A stretch of DNA of 64,000 nucleotides from Calditrichales bacterium. Lineage in GTDB: Bacteria > Calditrichota > Calditrichia > Calditrichales > J004. The notes beneath the pieces are model-generated. The model was not told where the DNA came from. It did not search any database and saw nothing but the letters and a program-made list of their open reading frames with translations. Numbering within the stretch: the stretch's first letter is position 1; each line of letters opens with the position of its first letter. Positions 26,274 through 36,557 of this stretch are shown in pieces. Made by a program: the position numbers and the translations under genes. The DNA is taken from NCBI GenBank assembly GCA_965267575.1, contig OZ254086.1, forward strand, positions 2,368,001 through 2,432,000, written 5' to 3'.

Positions 26274-28958
26274 TCATTTCAGCTTTACACCAAATAAATT
26301 TAGTGCCTGACCGACGATCAGGGGTAGAAAACTAAACCCGATTATCAACAGCCATCCTTCGAAGGCAGGCGGAATGGTCTTGAGGATTCCGGAAATCAAC
26401 GGCATATATAATGCGGCGAAGAGCAGGAAAAAACAGATCAAAAAAGCAATCCAGACAAATTTGTTTTTTGTTATCTCATTTATGAAGAGATTCGAATTAA
26501 TACTTCGCATATTGAACACATGCCAGAGCCGCGAGAAACCAAGGGTCAAAAACGCAATCGTAACGGCTTCTTCCCGGCTTGTCCCGAGCCAGGTCTGGGC
26601 CAGGGTAAAAGAGGCAAGTATCGAAAGAGCAATAACAACTCCGAACATCCAGATAAAAAACCAGCCTCTTTTATTCAATATAGGTTCTTGCGGATTGCGC
26701 GGGGCTTGTTTCATGATCCCTTTTTCACTCTCACCCATACCGACGGCAAGCGCCGGAAAAACATCAATGCCGAAATTTAAAAAAAGAATCTGAAGCGGAT
26801 ACAACGGCAGGGCCGCGATGGCAAGAAATGTTGAAGCAACCGCAAGGATTTCGCCCAGGTTGCCGGAGAGTAAATAAAGAACAAATTTGCGGATATTATT
26901 AAAAATCGTTCTTCCTTGTTCAACCGCGGCAACGATTGATGACAGCGAATCATCTTTTAGAATCATATCGGCGGCATCTCTGGCAACCTGCGTTCCCCGC
27001 TGACCCATTGCAATACCGATGTCGGCCTTTTTGAGTGCGGGAGCGTCGTTAACGCCGTCACCGGTCATCGCAACAATATTTCCCATCTCCTGGTGCAATG
27101 CAATCAAGTTCAGTTTTTGCTTAGGTGTAACCCTGGCGAAGATCTTTTCGGAGGCGAGTTTATCCAGCTTTTTGTCATCGTAATTTTCAATTTCTTCAAG
27201 ATCGCTTCCGTAACTGTATTTCCCGTTGTCATTTTCTACCAGGTTGATGCTTTGGGCAATTTGTCTTGCCGTTGAAGGATGATCACCGGTAACCATGATA
27301 AGATCAATGTGTGCTTCCCGGCACTGATGAATGGCTTCTTTCACACCTTCACGCGGGGGATCGTACAGGCCGGCGAGACCAACAAAAGAAATATTATCGT
27401 AGGGATCATCTTCAACGGAGGAGCTTTCTTTTACCGCCAGAGCAAGCACGCGCAATCCTTCACCCGCCAGTTTTTCGTTTCTTTTTATCCACTCTTCTTT
27501 ATCATTTTCACTAAAATTTTCAGGACCGGTCCCGGATAAAATCGACTTGCTGGCTTTAATAATCTGTTCCGGTGCTCCTTTAACCGCCACCTTATAATTA
27601 TCGTCAAGTTGATGAAACGTAGCCATCATCATGGTATCGGCATCGAAGGCGACCTCTTTTTTCTCGGGCAATTCGTCAAGAAGTTCCTTGCGGTACATAC
27701 CGGCTTTTGCTCCGGCGACCAATAGCGCTATTTCCAGGGGATCTCCAACCGAGTCGGCATCTCCATGCGGCAGTGAAGCGTTGTTGCAAAGCACGCCGAT
27801 CTTTAATGCTTCGGATAAGATCTCGTTTTCATCCGGCTCAATCCGTGAATCTTCAACTTTAAATATACCCTCGGTATCGAACCCCTCACCGGTTATATCA
27901 ACAACCCTGTCAGCGAAAACAAATTGCCGGACTGTCATTTGGTTTTCCGTAAGCGTACCGGTTTTATCAACGCACAGCCTGTTTGTTGCACCAAGTGTTT
28001 CCACCGATGCCAGCCGGTTGATAAGCGTATTTTTTTCCGCCATTACAAGCATGCCGCGGGCCAGGGCAACCGTTGCAACAATGGGCAGGCCTTCCGGTAT
28101 TGCGGCAATCGCCAGAGCCACGGCGGTTTCAATCATCAGGAATAGTTCTTTGCCCCGCAAATAACCTATCACTCCAACCGCTGCGGCCAGCGCGATAGTA
28201 AGCCAAATCAACTTTCTGCCCAGTGCATCAAGTCTTTTTTCGAGAGGTGTTACCTCTTCTTCAGCTTCTTCAACCAGGGCGGAAATATTGCCGAGCTCCG
28301 TATTCATACCGGTCGATACAACTACGCCGGCACCGGAGCCTTTGGTGATAGCGGTACCTTTAAAAACCATATTTTTTCTATCAGCCAGACCGGTATCCGC
28401 CGCTAATTGATCCGTAGATTTTGCAACCGGCACCGACTCCCCGGTTAGTGGAGATTCATCAACCTGAAGCTTATTTGATTCAATAAGCCTTATATCTGCG
28501 CTTACGATATCGCCACCTTCAAGCACAACAATATCACCCGGCACAATTTTATCGGCTCGGATCTTTATTGTTTTTCCGTTTCGCCTGACGCCGGCTCTTA
28601 CTTTGGTGAGTTCTTTCAGGCCCTCCATCGATTTTATGGCTTTCCACTCGGTTAAAAATCCAACCGCGCCGTTAACGAGAACAACCGCCAGTATTGCAAA
28701 GCCTTCAATCGTCTGGTCGAATAAAAAAGAGAGCACTACCGCGGCGAGAAGAACAATCACAATCAGGCTTTTAAATTGCTCAAGCAGAATTTCCCATGGA
28801 CTTTTCTTTTTAGATTCTTTTAATTTGTTTACACCGTATTTCTTTATGCGCTTGTTTACTTCGCTTGTTGATAAACCATTCTCAACCGGGACTTCAAGTT
28901 CGGTGAGAATATCATCAACGCTTATTGACCAGGGATTTTTGATATTTTTGTCCGGCAT
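26274..28958 (-). CDS. Cation-transporting P-type ATPase (type IIA, Ca2+-like)
   Basis: LTGES, PEGLP, DKTGT phosphorylation site, KGAPE, TGD, TGDGVNDAPALK. Confidence 0.96.
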   Translation of the reverse strand: MPDKNIKNPWSISVDDILTELEVPVENGLSTSEVNKRIKKYGVNKLKESKKKSPWEILLEQFKSLIVIVLLAAVVLSFLFDQTIEGFAILAVVLVNGAVGFLTEWKAIKSMEGLKELTKVRAGVRRNGKTIKIRADKIVPGDIVVLEGGDIVSADIRLIESNKLQVDESPLTGESVPVAKSTDQLAADTGLADRKNMVFKGTAITKGSGAGVVVSTGMNTELGNISALVEEAEEEVTPLEKRLDALGRKLIWLTIALAAAVGVIGYLRGKELFLMIETAVALAIAAIPEGLPIVATVALARGMLVMAEKNTLINRLASVETLGATNRLCVDKTGTLTENQMTVRQFVFADRVVDITGEGFDTEGIFKVEDSRIEPDENEILSEALKIGVLCNNASLPHGDADSVGDPLEIALLVAGAKAGMYRKELLDELPEKKEVAFDADTMMMATFHQLDDNYKVAVKGAPEQIIKASKSILSGTGPENFSENDKEEWIKRNEKLAGEGLRVLALAVKESSSVEDDPYDNISFVGLAGLYDPPREGVKEAIHQCREAHIDLIMVTGDHPSTARQIAQSINLVENDNGKYSYGSDLEEIENYDDKKLDKLASEKIFARVTPKQKLNLIALHQEMGNIVAMTGDGVNDAPALKKADIGIAMGQRGTQVARDAADMILKDDSLSSIVAAVEQGRTIFNNIRKFVLYLLSGNLGEILAVASTFLAIAALPLYPLQILFLNFGIDVFPALAVGMGESEKGIMKQAPRNPQEPILNKRGWFFIWMFGVVIALSILASFTLAQTWLGTSREEAVTIAFLTLGFSRLWHVFNMRSINSNLFINEITKNKFVWIAFLICFFLLFAALYMPLISGILKTIPPAFEGWLLIIGFSFLPLIVGQALNLFGVKLK

Positions 28959-29064
28959 CTGAGTGAAAAGTAAAATAGAGTGATGATAGATTTATTTGTT
29001 TACTTTAATTAACCAAAAAGATGTACTAATTCAAAAAAGCGTGAGCACGAAAGGGACAGACCCG

Positions 29065-29649
29065 ATGTCACGATACGAATACGTATTGAGCGGCTGGTTT
29101 TTATTGGCACTGTTGGTTTCACTTTCAGGGGTTATGTACGGTGCGCCGGCGCCGGTGATTGGTGCCGTGAACTGGACCCTTGTTGTACTTGTTTTGCTGC
29201 TTATCCGGCGCCTCCGCGGATTGCGTGACTGGGTCAGATCGCTCGATCTTAAAATTCTGGTTGCCTTCCATGCCGTGCGTTTTGTTGGATTATATTTTCT
29301 GTGGCTGCACAGCGTGGGCCGTCTGCCCTACGCCTTTGCCGTACCCGGCGGCTGGGGAGACATTATTGTAGCGATTGCCGCGCTGCTTGTCGTCGTTTTT
29401 GCTTTGCCGCTGCGCAAAATGTGGCAGTGGTGGACCGTGCTGGCCTGGAATACGGTCGGCTTGCTGGACATTTTGCTGGTCATTGCCACGGGCATGCGTA
29501 TTGGCCTGCAGGATATGAGCCAGATGATAGAGCTGACCGACTTTCCGCTGAGCCTGCTGCCCTCTTTTATCGTACCGCTGATCATCGTAACCCATATCCT
29601 GATATTTGTCCGGCTGCGCAAAAGTCGCAGAAAACTAATGTCCGTTTGA
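29065..29649 (+). CDS. Hypothetical integral membrane protein
   Basis: About six hydrophobic segments; HAVRFVG, AVPGGWGDI, WNTVGLLD, FPLSLLPSFIVP. Confidence 0.7.
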   Translation: MSRYEYVLSGWFLLALLVSLSGVMYGAPAPVIGAVNWTLVVLVLLLIRRLRGLRDWVRSLDLKILVAFHAVRFVGLYFLWLHSVGRLPYAFAVPGGWGDIIVAIAALLVVVFALPLRKMWQWWTVLAWNTVGLLDILLVIATGMRIGLQDMSQMIELTDFPLSLLPSFIVPLIIVTHILIFVRLRKSRRKLMSV

Positions 29650-30705
29650 CGTCACTTCGGACGTTTCGCGCTGCAGGAAAAGCTTCTGTGTGGGGTAAGC
29701 AAAGCTGATGCCTTGTTCCTGAAAGCCTTCATAAATTTTTAGATTGATTTCCTGCTGGATATCCATATAGAGGTTGTAATCCGGATCATTGATCCAGTAG
29801 ACCACCTCAAAATCCAGCGAGAAATTACCGTATTTGTGAAAATGAGCGCGGTCAAAACGTGTCCTGTCCATCTCATCGATGATCTCTTTGATCATTTCCG
29901 GGATGCGGCGCAATTTGTCCGCCGGCGTCTGATACACCACGCCAAAAGAAAAAAGCACTCTGCGTTCCTGCATGCGTTTGTAGTTGCGGATGCGGCTGCT
30001 GAGCATGTCGCTGTTGGAAAAAATAAGCTGCTCGCCGGAGAGACTGCGGATGCGTGTTGTTTTAAGCCCGATATGTTCGATAGTCCCCAGGTAATTATCG
30101 ATGATCACGAAATCACCGATCACGAAAGGCTTGTCCAGCACAATGGAAAGCGAGGCAAACAAATCGCCCAGGATATTTTGCAGGGCAAGGGCTACGGCGA
30201 TACCGCCCACGCCAAGGCCGGCAACAAGCGCCGTTATGTTCACGCCCAGGTTGTCCAGCACAAGAAGCAGCACAACCGTCCACAGTATCATTTTACCGAC
30301 AAAACCCAGCGCGGAGAATGTGGTGACAGCCGCGGCATCCGATTCTATTTTGGTTTTGCGCTGCCGCTGTATCAGGTATTGGATGATGTAATTGCCCCAC
30401 AATCCGGCCTGAACAATAAACGCGATCACCAGGGCTGTGTTGACAATTATGAGCGTTTTGTCGGCCAGCTCCAGCGCCTTGCTGCCGATAAAAGCCGCCA
30501 GTATCATTAAAAACAGCGGGTTTATCCGCGAGATCAGATTGGCAATGACATCATCCACGTCGGTTGCGGTTTTCTGCGCCATTTGATGCACCTTATGACG
30601 CAGAAATTTCTTGAGCAGTGTCAGTAGAAAGAATGAACCGATGGCAACGCCCGCGGCGATGAGCCAGTTTTCCAGTGAAAAGCCAAAAAATGTCTGTTGC
30701 AGCAT
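29635..30705 (-). CDS. MscS-family mechanosensitive channel
   Basis: ALVAGLGVGGIAVALALQNILGDLFAS, DKPFVIGD, IGLKTTRIRSLSGE. Confidence 0.93.
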   Translation of the reverse strand: MLQQTFFGFSLENWLIAAGVAIGSFFLLTLLKKFLRHKVHQMAQKTATDVDDVIANLISRINPLFLMILAAFIGSKALELADKTLIIVNTALVIAFIVQAGLWGNYIIQYLIQRQRKTKIESDAAAVTTFSALGFVGKMILWTVVLLLVLDNLGVNITALVAGLGVGGIAVALALQNILGDLFASLSIVLDKPFVIGDFVIIDNYLGTIEHIGLKTTRIRSLSGEQLIFSNSDMLSSRIRNYKRMQERRVLFSFGVVYQTPADKLRRIPEMIKEIIDEMDRTRFDRAHFHKYGNFSLDFEVVYWINDPDYNLYMDIQQEINLKIYEGFQEQGISFAYPTQKLFLQRETSEVTSNGH

Positions 30706-30789
30706 GAATACTCCGTTTTTTAACAAGCGCTTCTATGCTAAAAAAATGGCCGCAGTATATACATAAACTGTTTAACAGAAGCACGCTGC

Positions 30790-31617
30790 TCAAAATTTAT
30801 ACAGATAGCTTGGCCGCAGGTAGGCCAGTTCAAAGCCGTGCCTGATCATATTACGGTACGATTGTACCGGCCTTTCGGGAAGATCTTCCGCTGTTTCCGA
30901 GAACATCCACTCGCAGCCCTGTGCGGCGGCATCGTAGAATCTTTTGGCAATTAGCGCCGATTGCGCCCCACGGCCACGGTAATCCGGAAGCGTAGCGGCA
31001 AAACTGAGTGACGCGTATGCGCCGTTTACGAACAAGGCCGCACAGGCAGCAGGCCTGTCACCATCATAAGCTATGTAGTGCTTCCAGCCGGAACGGCCAA
31101 TGGGCAGCCTGACAATCTCCGCCAGGTGTGTGGGCCAGCCAAAGCTGCCGGTTATGATATCCGCAAATGCATCGGCTTCATCCGGGCCGATCTGTTTGAT
31201 GCGCAGATCCGTTTCCGCCTGGGGCAACGGATAGATCGGGCGATACAGCTTGGCCCAGTTGTTGTAATGGTCAAAGCCGTAATCCTTCAGGATCTCCGGC
31301 AGCCAGTAGGGATTACAATACGGGCTGACCTGCACAAAAAAGCGCGGGACGGAAGCAATCTTATAAAAAATAATAATATTCATAATGTCACGCTCCGAAG
31401 CGCGCTGTTTTATGCCGATGCCCAATACACGGTTGAACGCGAGGATATCTTCCGATGAAAGCGCGCCAACCACCGAGCCGCCAATATGGTTGAGCCAGAT
31501 ACCGAGCCTGGACTGCTGTTCCGGCGACGCGCTGCCGTAATATTCTTTCCAATAGGCGGCTTCCTGGATTTCCATGCCGTTTAACAATTGTGTTGAAATA
31601 ACTTTTTCGTCAATCAT
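30790..31617 (-). CDS. GNAT-family acetyltransferase
   Basis: Acetyl-CoA motif ATLPDYRGRGAQSAL, SYRNMIRHGF. Confidence 0.85.
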   Translation of the reverse strand: MIDEKVISTQLLNGMEIQEAAYWKEYYGSASPEQQSRLGIWLNHIGGSVVGALSSEDILAFNRVLGIGIKQRASERDIMNIIIFYKIASVPRFFVQVSPYCNPYWLPEILKDYGFDHYNNWAKLYRPIYPLPQAETDLRIKQIGPDEADAFADIITGSFGWPTHLAEIVRLPIGRSGWKHYIAYDGDRPAACAALFVNGAYASLSFAATLPDYRGRGAQSALIAKRFYDAAAQGCEWMFSETAEDLPERPVQSYRNMIRHGFELAYLRPSYLYKF

Positions 31618-31634
31618 GATTTCTCCGTGTTTTT

Positions 31635-31675
31635 AAAAGCCGCCCGCGTTCGGCAACTCCGGTAAACGGGGCGGC
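31635..31675 (-). terminator. Intrinsic terminator or hairpin between the methyltransferase and GNAT genes
   Basis: Minus strand gccgccc...gggcggc stem followed by tttt. Confidence 0.5.
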
Positions 31676-31689
31676 AGTTTATCGCTGTA

Positions 31690-32781
31690 TCAGCTTTTGC
31701 GTACAATGTAGTAGTTGTTCTGGAAGTCGTGCTCCAGGTTCCTGACTTCCACGGATTTAAAGCCGGTCTGATCCAGCATTTCCCGGGCCTTTTCCTCACC
31801 CCACATGGCGCCCAGACCCATACCGTCCTGTGCCAGCGAAACCGTCATGCAATGCATGGTGGATACGGTGTAAAGAAACGGTCCGATGGGGTGATCGTTG
31901 TTTTTCTCCACATTGCTGGAACCGGCGATGTCCTGCATCAGGAATACACCGTCGCTTTTGAGGGCGCGGAATATGCCGGCCAGCACGTTATCAGGACGCG
32001 CCTGGTCATGAATGGCGTCAAAAGCCGTGATCAGGTCGAACCGGTCATCAGGTGCCTCGTCCGAGAACCAGGTCAGGTCGCGCTGTTCAAAACGGACGTT
32101 GTTCAGCCCCTCTTCGGCGGCCTCTTCCCGTGCAACCAGGATAGGCTCTTTACACAGGTCATAACCCGTAAAACGGCTGTTGGGATAGTGCTTTGCCATC
32201 AGGTTCAGGGCCCGACCCATGCCACAGCCAACGTCCAGTACATGAATCCCTTTTTGCAGTTTTTCATGCAATCCGGGCACTAGCGGCAATATATCGCTGA
32301 TGAGCGAGTGGCGCACCGATTGCCCGCTGTCTTCTGCCATGACGTCGTGAAAGCGGCCGAACTCTTCGTAGGCCACGCCGCCACCGTTTTTGAAACACTC
32401 CAGTATGCGTTCTTCCACGGAACCGAGCAGCGGGATATATTGCGCAAATACACCGATGTTATCTGCTCCGGCCGCGCGGGTCAGAAAAGAGGCGTGCTCC
32501 TGCGGCAGCCTGAACTCCGACCCTTTGCCGTTGCGCCGCGTTTCAACGATGCCGCCGGTTACCATGGCGCCAAGCCATTCACGCACATAGCGTTCGCTGA
32601 GCCCGGCCTTTGCGGCGATCGCCTCGCTGCTGCCGTATTCCATTTCCGACATGGCGTCAAACAATCCGCTGCGGTGGCCGATGGAAGTCATCAGCGCCAG
32701 GGCGCCCTTGTTGAGCATATCTACCAAATCTTCCGAAAAAGCTTCAGCGCGTTTGGCGTCCAAAGTATGTGCTAAACACAT
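31690..32781 (-). CDS. Class I SAM-dependent methyltransferase with N-terminal winged helix (Rv2258c-like)
   Basis: SIGHRSGLF, ERYVREWL, VLDVGCGMG, AFDAIHD, STMHCMTVSLA, GLGAMWG. Confidence 0.9.
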   Translation of the reverse strand: MCLAHTLDAKRAEAFSEDLVDMLNKGALALMTSIGHRSGLFDAMSEMEYGSSEAIAAKAGLSERYVREWLGAMVTGGIVETRRNGKGSEFRLPQEHASFLTRAAGADNIGVFAQYIPLLGSVEERILECFKNGGGVAYEEFGRFHDVMAEDSGQSVRHSLISDILPLVPGLHEKLQKGIHVLDVGCGMGRALNLMAKHYPNSRFTGYDLCKEPILVAREEAAEEGLNNVRFEQRDLTWFSDEAPDDRFDLITAFDAIHDQARPDNVLAGIFRALKSDGVFLMQDIAGSSNVEKNNDHPIGPFLYTVSTMHCMTVSLAQDGMGLGAMWGEEKAREMLDQTGFKSVEVRNLEHDFQNNYYIVRKS

Positions 32782-32863
32782 GTCAATCTCCTTTGTTTTT
32801 GTGTTTTACTGTCGCTTGCGGAATAATTATAGAGATATGAGCAGGAGCGTGAAACGTGGTAAA

Positions 32864-32914
32864 TACGGTTTTTTGCGCGGGGCATTACGGTATGTGTACG
32901 GTAATATTACGGTA
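32864..32914. promoter_or_regulatory. Phased TACGGT direct repeats (putative operator)
   Basis: TACGGT at 32864, 32886, 32897 and 32908 (22/11/11 bp spacing) upstream of the methyltransferase. Confidence 0.6.
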
Positions 32915-32953
32915 GCGGGGGAGATCCAAGGGCAGATGATTATACAATGCCAG

Positions 32954-33145
32954 CGTCCCGGCAGGGACAAAACACGGGTTAGAACGGGGAACCAAAATTT
33001 TACAGCCTTGTGCCGTCAGGTTCAGCACCGGATGATTAAAGACATATAGGCCAAATTAAAGCCCGTATTAGCGCTGATATGGCGAACCTACGGTACGCCC
33101 CTAAAAACACATTTTCCGGCTACCTATTTGTTGTCCCTGCGGGAC
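32954..33145. repeat. About 192-bp palindromic element (MITE/REPIN-like), family B copy 1
   Basis: Terminal IR gtcccggcagggacaa / ttgtccctgcgggac and internal IR tgccgtcaggttc / gaacctacggta. Confidence 0.9.
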
Positions 33146-33171
33146 ATCGCAGTGTATAAATGAAGCCCTCT

Positions 33172-33232
33172 TGTTTCTGAACGCAGCAAAGAATCCTTTC
33201 CGGGCCAGCGGAGATCCTTCGCGATTCAGATT
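33172..33232. repeat. Degenerate short inverted-repeat element between the two family B copies
   Basis: tctgaacgcagcaaagaatc...gatccttcgcgattcaga imperfect inverted repeat. Confidence 0.4.
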
Positions 33233-33283
33233 TTATCACACAGGGAGAGCCGATTACCTTTTTGCGAATAGTATTTGGTCAGC

Positions 33284-33475
33284 CGTCCCGGCAGGGACAA
33301 AACACGGGTAGAACGGAGGAACCAAAATTTTACAGCCTTGTGCCGTCAGGTACAGCACCGGATGATTAAAGACATATAGGCCAAATTAAAGCCCGTATTA
33401 GCGCTGATATGGCGAACCTACGGTACGCCCCTAAAAACACATTTTCCGGCAACCTATGTGTTGTCCCTGCGGGAC
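33284..33475. repeat. About 192-bp palindromic element, family B copy 2 (direct repeat, 330-bp period)
   Basis: Near-identical to 32954-33145 with a handful of differences. Confidence 0.9.
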
Positions 33476-33576
33476 ACAGACGCGCATATAGTGCAAAACA
33501 TCTGTTCATAGCGTCAGCAATTTAATTCCACGGCTGAAATCGTGTCCCTACTGGTTTGTCGTGAAAACAATTGATG

Positions 33577-36444
33577 TTATTTGCCGGCGTTGTTCAGAAG
33601 CCCCAGTTCGCCTGCTTTGGCTACGGCTTCACTGCGGCTGCGGCAATCCAGGCGGTTAAGCAGGTTGGCCACATGCATCTCCACCGTACGCGGGCTTAAA
33701 AAAAGCTTATCGGCGATTTCCTTATTAGTAAGTCCGCCCGCAATCAGGTGGGCAATTTCGATCTGGCGTGATGTCAAACCTGTTTCGGCCTCTGCTTCTG
33801 CGTTCCGGCTCCTGCCTGTTGAAGAATCATGCTTTTTCAGCATGGCCGCTGCTTCCGCCGCACGTGGCCGGCAGCCCAGCGACCGGGCGATGTTTTGGCT
33901 GCTGCGCAGATGTTCCAGGCCTTTGTCGCTATCTCCTTCGGCGATGCACGCCAGCCCAAGGCGGTAATGAGCCAGGCTTTGCTCCAGCGGAACAGCCAGT
34001 TTTTCGAACTGCGCCAGCGCCTGTTCAAAGCGGGTTTGTGCTTCGTCATATTGTTTGTTCAGCATCGCCGATTCGCCCAGGGCAAAAGTGATTGTCGCCA
34101 ACACCTCGGCGTTGCCCGCCTGGGTTGAAGCTTCACTGAGAGCGCTGATGCACATGGCCAGTTCTTTTTCTTTGCCGTTGTTGGCGAAAAACGTTGAAGC
34201 GGCGCATATGGCAGGCAGCGTATCGTGCGCGTCATTCAGCTTTTCCCGCCAGTCCAGCAGAGCAAGATAATGTTGAAAGGCAGAATCGGCCTCTCCGTTT
34301 TGCTCGGCAAGAATAGCCTGCCCCCAGTGATTTAGCGGCTCCATAAGCTGCAGTTTGTCACGGCGCGACAGTTCCAAAGCTTCGCCAAGATATTTTTGCG
34401 CTTGCCTGTTCTCGCCCCTGTGGGCAGAGATAAGTCCCATCGTCGCCAGCGCCACGCCTCTTCCGGATATGTTATCTTCCCCGGCCACGCGCCGACACAC
34501 CGCCAGCGCCTGTTTCCATTCGCCGGTGCGGAACAGCACGTAGGACATGCAGCTCAGGCAGAGGCGGGCAAGGGCGTCTTCGCCCTGGTTTTCGCAGTAG
34601 TTGATGGCGGTAAAATAGGCTTCCCGCGATGCCTTGTAGCGCGAGGCATATTCCAGCGTGGAACCCAGCCGGCGGTAAACTTCCGGGGTGGCGGCGGTCA
34701 GGTTTTGCTCCAGCGCCAGGGAGAGGCCGGCATTGACTGTTTTAAGTCCTTCTTCGGAGCGCCCTAAAATGGAGAGGACATTACCTTTTAGCGCCAGGGC
34801 TTTGGCTTTCACATCCCAGTTTTTAGCCGCTTCCGCCTGTTCCATCGCGCGATCGCATAGCTGCAGGGCCTGCTCCAGCCTGTTCATACCGGTGTGCCGT
34901 GCCGCCAGCGCCAGCCAGTCTTCCGCGGCCTCATCCGCGTCGCCGGCCTGTTCAAAAGCTTCCGCCGCACGCAGGCGCAGGGCGTTGGCATCTTCCCAGA
35001 CGCCCAGCAGGCCATAAACCGTAGCCAGGGCGCGCAGGGTTTCGGCTAGACGCATTTTGTCTTGCTGCACGGGCTTGCTGCCCAGCAATTCGCTCAGCGC
35101 TTTGGCTGCCTCACGCAGCTGACCGCTTATTTGCGCGCAATGGGCCATCTCCTGCAGGGCGTTCAGACGTTTCTCTTCATCTTCACCCGGCGGCCAGATA
35201 TCCAGGGCGCGGCGGGCATATCCGGCCGCATCACCGTAAGCGTAAACCGTGCAGGAATGACGCGCGCAATCCATCAACGCGTAACGGGCTTTATCATCGC
35301 GCTGGGCCTCCAGCCAGTGTTCGGCCACCCGCTGCGCTGCGGCATTTTTTGATTCCAGGTACTGCGCCACGCGGGAGTTAAGTCCTCGCCGTGCCGTCCA
35401 GCCAATCGCGCCGTAAACAGCCTCCCTGGTGAGGTTGTGCCGGAAAACCGCCTTGCCGCCCTCCTTCTCGATCAGCAATCCGCGTTCCAGCAGTTCATTA
35501 AGTCCGTGGTCATGGCCGCAAATATCGATAAGCTCCTGCAGTTGCGGCTCAACACCCAGAACCGCGGCCACGTCCAGCTGACGGCGGGCTTCTTCGGACA
35601 GGCCGTCCATCTTCAGCAGGATCGCGTCGCGCAGGCTTTCGGGCATGGGTACGCTGCTGCCCGGCACCAGAACAACGCCCCGGTCGCCGCTTTTCAGCAG
35701 ATTGCGTTCGCGCAATACGGCGGCCAGTTCTTCAATAAACAGGGCAATACCCTGGGTTTTTTTGGTGATGGAGGAGACGAGCTCCGCGGATGGCGTTTCG
35801 CCCAAAATGGATTCCAGCAGCAGGGCCGTCTGTGCTGTGTTGAAGGGTTGCAGAGAGATTTCATTAAGCCGTCGGCGCCGGCGCAGTTCATGGCGCAACC
35901 AGCGCAGGCGGTGACCCTGTGGCATCTCGTCGCTGCGGTAGGTGCCCAGAACCATCAGCGGCAGGTGCCGCAAACGGTCGTCCAGCAAAAGCAGAAATTC
36001 GAGCGTGGCCTGATCGGCCCAGTGCAGATCGTCCAGAAAAAGCACGGCTGGCGCCTGTGCGGCCATGCGGCTCAGCGCTTCGATCAGTGCCTCGTTCAGC
36101 GTGGCCGAATCGACCTTTTCCGGAGCCTGGCCAAGCTCCGGCAATAGCAGGGAAAGATATTCGCCCAGAGACCCGCCGGCCAGATTGTTTTTTGTGTCGC
36201 GCAGGCGGTAATCGCGCAAAACAGCGCACACGGGGCCGTAAGGGGCATTGCTGTCGCCCGGCGCCCGGCCGCTGAATACCTGCATGGCACAATCGGCCAA
36301 AGCCTCTTCAGCAAGGCGCGTTTTACCCAGCCCGGCTTCACCGCTCAGCAGAACGATGCCGCCATGACCGCCGCGCGCCGTCTCAAAAGCTTGCTGCAGT
36401 TGCTCAAGTTCTTCCCTGCGCCCTATAAGTTGATCTGATTGCAT
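33577..36444 (-). CDS. Large ATP-binding LuxR regulator (STAND AAA ATPase - TPR - LuxR HTH)
   Basis: LIGRREEL, Walker A GEAGLGKT, Walker B LFLDDLHWAD, FRHNL, TPR region, LTSRQIEIAHLIAGGLTNKEIADKLFLSPRTVEMHV. Confidence 0.93.
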   Translation of the reverse strand: MQSDQLIGRREELEQLQQAFETARGGHGGIVLLSGEAGLGKTRLAEEALADCAMQVFSGRAPGDSNAPYGPVCAVLRDYRLRDTKNNLAGGSLGEYLSLLLPELGQAPEKVDSATLNEALIEALSRMAAQAPAVLFLDDLHWADQATLEFLLLLDDRLRHLPLMVLGTYRSDEMPQGHRLRWLRHELRRRRRLNEISLQPFNTAQTALLLESILGETPSAELVSSITKKTQGIALFIEELAAVLRERNLLKSGDRGVVLVPGSSVPMPESLRDAILLKMDGLSEEARRQLDVAAVLGVEPQLQELIDICGHDHGLNELLERGLLIEKEGGKAVFRHNLTREAVYGAIGWTARRGLNSRVAQYLESKNAAAQRVAEHWLEAQRDDKARYALMDCARHSCTVYAYGDAAGYARRALDIWPPGEDEEKRLNALQEMAHCAQISGQLREAAKALSELLGSKPVQQDKMRLAETLRALATVYGLLGVWEDANALRLRAAEAFEQAGDADEAAEDWLALAARHTGMNRLEQALQLCDRAMEQAEAAKNWDVKAKALALKGNVLSILGRSEEGLKTVNAGLSLALEQNLTAATPEVYRRLGSTLEYASRYKASREAYFTAINYCENQGEDALARLCLSCMSYVLFRTGEWKQALAVCRRVAGEDNISGRGVALATMGLISAHRGENRQAQKYLGEALELSRRDKLQLMEPLNHWGQAILAEQNGEADSAFQHYLALLDWREKLNDAHDTLPAICAASTFFANNGKEKELAMCISALSEASTQAGNAEVLATITFALGESAMLNKQYDEAQTRFEQALAQFEKLAVPLEQSLAHYRLGLACIAEGDSDKGLEHLRSSQNIARSLGCRPRAAEAAAMLKKHDSSTGRSRNAEAEAETGLTSRQIEIAHLIAGGLTNKEIADKLFLSPRTVEMHVANLLNRLDCRSRSEAVAKAGELGLLNNAGK

Positions 36445-36557
36445 TTTTCTTTAGTTTTTTTTGCACACATTTACGTTAAAAGCGCTGTAAGTTTCGTTTA
36501 AACCTTTGTGGTTTTTGTCCCGTTTAACATAAATTGCAGAAAACACAAAGGAGAGAG

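Noticed and set aside
32954..33475. Possible CRISPR array
   Set aside because: Only two units of about 192 bp; no short repeat/unique spacer periodicity and no cas genes
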